Source: Octopus vulgaris
Taxonomy: Eukaryota
DNA length: 64,000 nucleotides
NCBI GenBank assembly: GCA_951406725.2
Contig: OX597825.1
Location: forward strand, 65,224,001-65,288,000
Reading direction: 5' to 3'
Positions 58,413-64,000 of the stretch are shown piece after piece. Position numbers and translations under genes: made by a program. How positions within the stretch are numbered: position 1 is the stretch's first letter; every line of letters begins with the position of its first letter. The notes under the pieces were generated by a model. That model made no database searches, had not been told where the DNA came from, and saw only the letters and a list, made by a program, of their open reading frames with translations.

Positions 58413-58570
58413 CGACAGGCTTCTTTCAGTTTTCGTCTACCAAAACCACTCACAAGGCATTGGTCGGCCCGGGGCTATAGCAGAAGACACTTGCCCAAGA
58501 TGCCACGCAGTGGGACTGAACCCGTAACCATGTGGTTGGTTAGCAAGCTACTTACCACACAGCCAATCCT
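58153..58570 (-). mobile_element. SINE family C
   Basis: Highly similar to 56685-57103. Confidence 0.92.
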
Positions 58571-58988
58571 ATATGTATGCGTGTGTGTGTATTAATTTTT
58601 ACCAGAGAAATGTTAATACTGACTTACTTTGGTTTAGTAGTCATCATCAGTTAGTAAGCCAAAATTTCGAAGCAGGTGACAAAATTTTCCTTGTAAAGAT
58701 TAATAAAAGTGTTACTCTACTAAAAGGTATTGAATTATATTTCGAATGTTCGGCTATCTTCATATAAAGCACTACATAAAAACTAACAGATGTTTCTTAA
58801 CCGAGGAAGTGTGTGTATGTAGGTGCTCCTTAATCCGGATGTGGAATTTCCGGATTGTACTACCGCAAGGGCGATCCCCATACTTTGTGCAAATTAACTG
58901 TACCATTTGCCAAATACAGTTAATGTGCACATAGACAGGTGTTTGTGCCAAATATATGGCAGTTAATTAGCACTAACATATATAGGTT

Positions 58989-59066
<78 letters not shown>

Positions 59067-59480
59067 CCCATACATACATTATACATGTACAAATGTATAT
59101 GTATGTGTATGCAAATACATGTGTGTGTGTGTACCTTTATACATACATACATACATACATACATACATACATACATACATACATACATACATACATACAT
59201 ACATACATACATACATACATACATACATACATACATACAGAGAAAGAGAGAGATCAAATTGAGATTAAAGTAAAAGATTCTTGCTCGAGGTGCCGCAGAC
59301 TGGAAAGGAACCTGAAACCAAGAGTTTTTCAAGGCGAGCTGCTTAACTATTCAGCTATACCTGTGCCAGGTGTTGTTCTTCTATTATTATATTTCTTGCG
59401 TCATTACACTTCCAATTTATACTTGGCGCGCAATATAGAATGCTCTCTTCTCATTGTCCGCACAATACAAGTAACAAGTA

Positions 59481-60130
59481 GGGGGCGAGCCGACAGAGAC
59501 GTTAGCACGCCGGGCGAAATGCTTAGCGGTATTTCGTCTGCGTTACGTTCTGAGTTCAAATTCCACCGAGGTCGACTTTGCCATTCATCCTTTCAGGGTC
59601 GATTAAATAAGTACAAGTTAAGCACTGGGGTCGATATAATCGACTTAACCCGTTTGTCTGTCCTTGTTTGTCCCCTCTATGTTTAGCCCCTTGTGGGCAA
59701 TAAAGAAATAAGAAACGTTAGTACGCCGGACGAAATACTTAGCAGTATTTCGTCTGCCGTTACGTTCTGAGTTCAAATTGCACCGAGGTCGACTTTGCCT
59801 TTCATTCTTTCGGGGTCGATAAATTAAGTACTAGTTGCGTGCTGGGGTCGATCTAATCGACTTCCCCACTCTCCCCAAACATTTCGAGCATTGTGCCTAC
59901 AGTAGAAAAGAATATAAGTAACCACTTTAGGCGGCGTGCAGGCAGAATTGTTAGCACGCCGTTAGCATTTCATAGCAGCATTTCTTCCTTTATTACGTTC
60001 TGATTTCAAATACCGATGAGGTCGACATTTATTAATTTGGGGTCAATAAATATAAATACCAGTTGGGCACTGGGTTCGATGTAATTGATACAACCGTCCC
60101 GCCCCCCTACACATACACCTAGTTGCTGGT
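59481..60130 (+). mobile_element. SINE family B dimer (59481-59912) followed by an older monomer
   Basis: Junction AAAGAAATA|AGAAACGTTAG near 59710; terminal tail TTGTGCCTACAGTAGAAAAG; a further diverged head at 59929. Confidence 0.88.
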
Positions 60131-60432
60131 CTTACGCCAAGGTTTCAAAATGGCGTGCTGATAGAACCATTACGCCGCTAGACCAAATGCTTAGCGGCAA
60201 TATTATATATAAATATATATATCTAGAGCAGATGTCTACAACATATTCTGGCCGACCAAGATTTCTGAGTAAATTTGGTAAATCGAAACTAGAAGAAACT
60301 TGTTGAATATGTGTGTATGTAGTGCGTGTGTGTGTGTGTGCGCGCGCGCGTGAGTGAGTGTGTGTGTGTATTTGTGTTTGTCCCTCATCACAGCTTGACA
60401 ACCATTGGTCGTTTACATACGTTCGACGAGAC

Positions 60433-60462
<30 letters not shown>

Positions 60463-60467
<5 letters not shown>

Positions 60468-60662
60468 ATCCAAACAAGAAAACAAAAACAAAAAAACAAC
60501 GCAAGGACGTGGAACAAATAAAGTATTATTGGACGCTCAGTAAAAAAGGGAAGAAGGAGGGTTTGACGTTTCGAGCGGAGCTCTTCGTCAGAAACATAGG
60601 AGAAGGAAAGATCCCGAGAAGGGAAGACAGGGGGGAAAATCGCTATTGATACAGACGAGGTC

Positions 60663-60666
<4 letters not shown>
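60463..60666 (-). mobile_element. ~200-bp hammerhead-bearing element (Penelope pLTR/retrozyme-like) between (TA)n and (TG)n
   Basis: Non-simple 200-bp block containing a minimal hammerhead; homologous to 36697-36845. Confidence 0.65.
60561..60595 (-). ncRNA. Minimal type I hammerhead ribozyme
   Basis: Minus strand GTTT-CTGACGA-A-GAGC-tcc-GCTC-GAAA-CGTC-AAAC: 4-bp stem I, 4-bp stem II, palindromic ACGT in place of stem III. GUC cleavage predicted between 60565 and 60564. Confidence 0.8.
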
Positions 60667-60712
<46 letters not shown>

Positions 60713-61547
60713 ATACATATATATATATAATCCTCAAGCGAATAATGCATGATAACATGATAGATGCTTTCACTAATTGTTTAAGTGAGTACAGATTACC
60801 CCGGACACACCACCATTTTAGCCAGCGGGTGTGTCTGAAGGAGGGAAGGAGAAAGAGAGACAGACATTCAGGTGGGGTGCTGCACCAGCACTCACTTGGT
60901 CCTCATTTTCAGACCAGTCGAATGAACCACCCTGAAATAAATTATTTTCATTTCCAGCGAGAAATCTATTGTATTTGGAGAGGAAGGGTTGTGATATCTC
61001 CAAGTTGAGCAATATGGACAATTTTATAAACGAAAATAGCACGATATTAAAATGGCGACTGCGTTAGAAGATATGTACAAACAAAGACACAGAGATACAC
61101 ACACATGCTCACGCACACACATACACACAGATACATAAACACATGCTTACATATTTAGAAAGTGAGTGAAAGATAGAGGGCTGTAGAAAGAAATACTGTG
61201 CACTATCTCCCAAACATTTTACGTACCTATTTCTTTCTCACTCCCTCAAATCTCTTACTTACTTTGCCCCAATTTGCGCCAGCTTGAAATATTATGAGAA
61301 AAATATTGTGTCCAAAGTGATTTACATTTAAGTTTTATTTCTCTTTCAATTATTCTTTTATTTATTTATATATTTGTGTCGATATTGACAATCAATTGTG
61401 TAAATAACGTTAACACCATATTCTACTTTACTTAAATGACTTTTCTGTTACTGCAGAGACGGCCATGTATTTACCGAATCAGGGCAGAATACATATTATA
61501 CATTCACGACACAAACACATATATGTATATACACGCATAGCATACAC

Positions 61548-61602
<55 letters not shown>

Positions 61603-61685
61603 TGTTATATATGTGCGTGTGTTTGTACGTGTGCGTATGTTTAAGAATGTAAGCAAAACATATACACATATGTGATATATATATG

Positions 61686-61716
<31 letters not shown>

Positions 61717-62307
61717 CACATCATCGATTAATACATTATGCTTTCTTGGGGCGTTCAATCCAGAATTTTTTTACACGAAATAACTTTCATACAGATCCTA
61801 CATTATGTTTTTATGCGTTATGGAATATACGATTATAAATTATATTAGAAATACAACATGGGAAACTAAATCAATATTTTTAATGTTGATATAAAAGGAA
61901 TACTTAATTCCTATTTCTTCTGGTCAACTGAAAATAGCTTTTTTGTTTATTGTAATTATTATTGCTCTATAAATTTAGTAAATTGCTACAGGCTGTATGC
62001 ATGTATGTATTTTAAGTTTAAACACATTCTTTCAATTTATCATTATTGAAATTTAGGTTCGTTGTTAATAACATTGATAGCAATTATGGACTGAGTTGTC
62101 AGACCGTCCGATAAAAAAATGCTATATAGCGTTTAGTTGCGATCCCAAACGATATCGTTTCTGATCTATCCAAGGTTGATTTATATTTCATTTTTCCGGA
62201 TTAGATGATATAAAATAAAATACCACACAAGAACTTATTTGCTATGATATCGATTCACCTACACCATCTACATTTTTCGCTTTTTGTCTACGTTAGAAAC
62301 ATTTATT

Positions 62308-62753
62308 GGTTTCAAGTTTTCGCAGAAGACCAGAAGTTTCAGGAAAGGTGATAAGTCGATTACATCGACCCCATTGTTCCACTGGTACTTAGTTTAAGGT
62401 CCCTGAAAAGATGGAAGGCAAAGTCTACAACGACGGAATTTGAATTCAGAATGTAAAGACGGACCAAATGCCGCTAAGCATTTCGCACGGCGAGCCAAAC
62501 ATTCTCCCATCTTGCTGCCTTAAACGTTCGAAATGGTTATTATTGACTTCAAATTCTGGCACACGGCCAACAATTTGGAGGTAGGGGTAAGTCGATTACG
62601 TCGACTTCAGTGATCCACTGGTACTTATTATATCGACCCCGCAAGGATGAAAGGCAAAGTCGACCTCTGCGGAATTTGAACTTAGAAAGTATAGACATAT
62701 GAAATTCCGCTAAGCATTCTGCCATTCTAAGAATTCTACCAGCTCGCGGCCTT
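62308..62753 (-). mobile_element. Two adjacent SINE family B monomers
   Basis: About 62308-62523 and 62546-62753 each show terminal tail, core and head. Confidence 0.82.
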
Positions 62754-62982
62754 AAATGTACGAAATAACTATTATAACTAGATTTATTAAGGCAATGTAC
62801 TGACAGAGTGGCTACAGTGTCGGGGAACAAGTTGCATTACGGTATTTGATCCGGCTCTTTACATTCTAAGTTCAAATACTGCAAGGGTCATCTTTGCAAT
62901 TAATCTCACCCTAGGGACATCAACGTAACAGAGTGCCGCTCAATTACTGGATCGATAGTATCATTTCACTATTTCTCCTCAA

Positions 62983-63294
62983 GTGGAGATAAATTACCTA
63001 GTGGTTAGAGCAGAGGATTCGCGATCGAGGGATCGCGAGTTCGAATATCAGACCGGGCGATGTATACCAATTTGAAAAAAATATATGTGTATATATATAT
63101 ATATGCCGGCTCCGGCATAAGGTAATGGCGAACTTCTGCTGACTCTTTCGTCACAACGTTCTCTCACTCTTTCCTCCAGCATCTTGCAGCTCACCTGCGA
63201 CAGACTGGCGTCCCGTCCAGGTGGGGAGCCTATACGCCAAGGAAACCGGGAAACCGGCCCTATGCTCCACAAGGGGCAAAAAGGATTAAGAAGG
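62983..63294 (+). mobile_element. SINE family A head with tail type 3, nested in an old family B copy
   Basis: Head CTAGTGGTTAGAGCAG...GAGTTCGAATATCAGACCGGGCG; 3' CCTGCGACAGACTGGCGTCCCGTCCAGG...GGAAACCGGG. 12-bp TSD ATTTCTCCTCAA at 62971-62982 and 63295-63306. Confidence 0.82.
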
Positions 63295-64000
63295 ATTTCT
63301 CCTCAAAACTGATGGTCTTGTGTCTAAATTAGGATCAATTATCATTTATATTTTTAAGGCGGTAAGCTGGTAAAATCGTTATTGTCAACTTTGCCTTTCA
63401 CCAATAATCTGCATCGATAAATAAAAGTACCAGATAAACATTGTGTTCGGCATAATTATTTAGATCCTTCCCGCAAATTTTAGCTTTCGTACCTATTATA
63501 CGATCATTAGTAATATGGTGGTGGTTTGGCAGGATACTTAACGGGACATGCAGAAAACTGTCGGTTTTTGTTCCGCCTGTCTATATTTTGATTTTAAATC
63601 CCGACGAAGTCATCTTTAAATTTCGTCCTCTCACAGAATAGACAAAATAAAGTTCCACTGAAGATTTAATCCGCTAATTTAATGGTGCCCTCAAACTTTT
63701 AGACCTTTTCCCTATGCTTGACTGAATTTTCGTAATTATTAATGATATTCTAGAATTTATTTTCTTGAAAAATTCTAAACCATTTAATATTCTTTTTGTT
63801 TCGCTATTTTAAAATGGAGTTTTTCTTTGTGCGTGCGTGCGTGTGTATGTGTATGTTTTTTTTCTTTTGTCTTCTATTTTTTCTTCTGTTATCCATATGC
63901 ATGATATTAATATATGAAACAACAACGTGTCATGCAAAACATCATCCATACCAAACTATTTGAATTAAATTAATCGTGATACTGGAATTTTATTCTCTCA

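Overview
AT-rich animal genomic DNA saturated with microsatellites and SINEs. The repeat landscape looks like an octopus (cephalopod) intergenic or large-intron region; the taxon is inferred, not proven. I found no host protein-coding exon, tRNA or rRNA gene, and nearly all listed ORFs are translations of microsatellites or SINEs. Supported content: (i) a ~2.6 kb Penelope-like element at 33448-36073, set in a (TA)n tract, with ~820-bp, ~99% identical inverted arms that each carry a complete type I hammerhead ribozyme; (ii) a ~200-bp element with a minimal hammerhead at 60463-60666 and a truncated relative at 36697-36845; (iii) four tRNA-headed SINE families, one forming variable multimers that inserted as single units and one carrying three different 3' tails; (iv) an internally deleted mariner with TIRs, a TA duplication, an open N-terminal transposase frame and a nested SINE; (v) old Tc1/mariner and possible Penelope RT fossils, MITEs and large low-complexity tracts. 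SINE family letters A-D are my own labels for this window.
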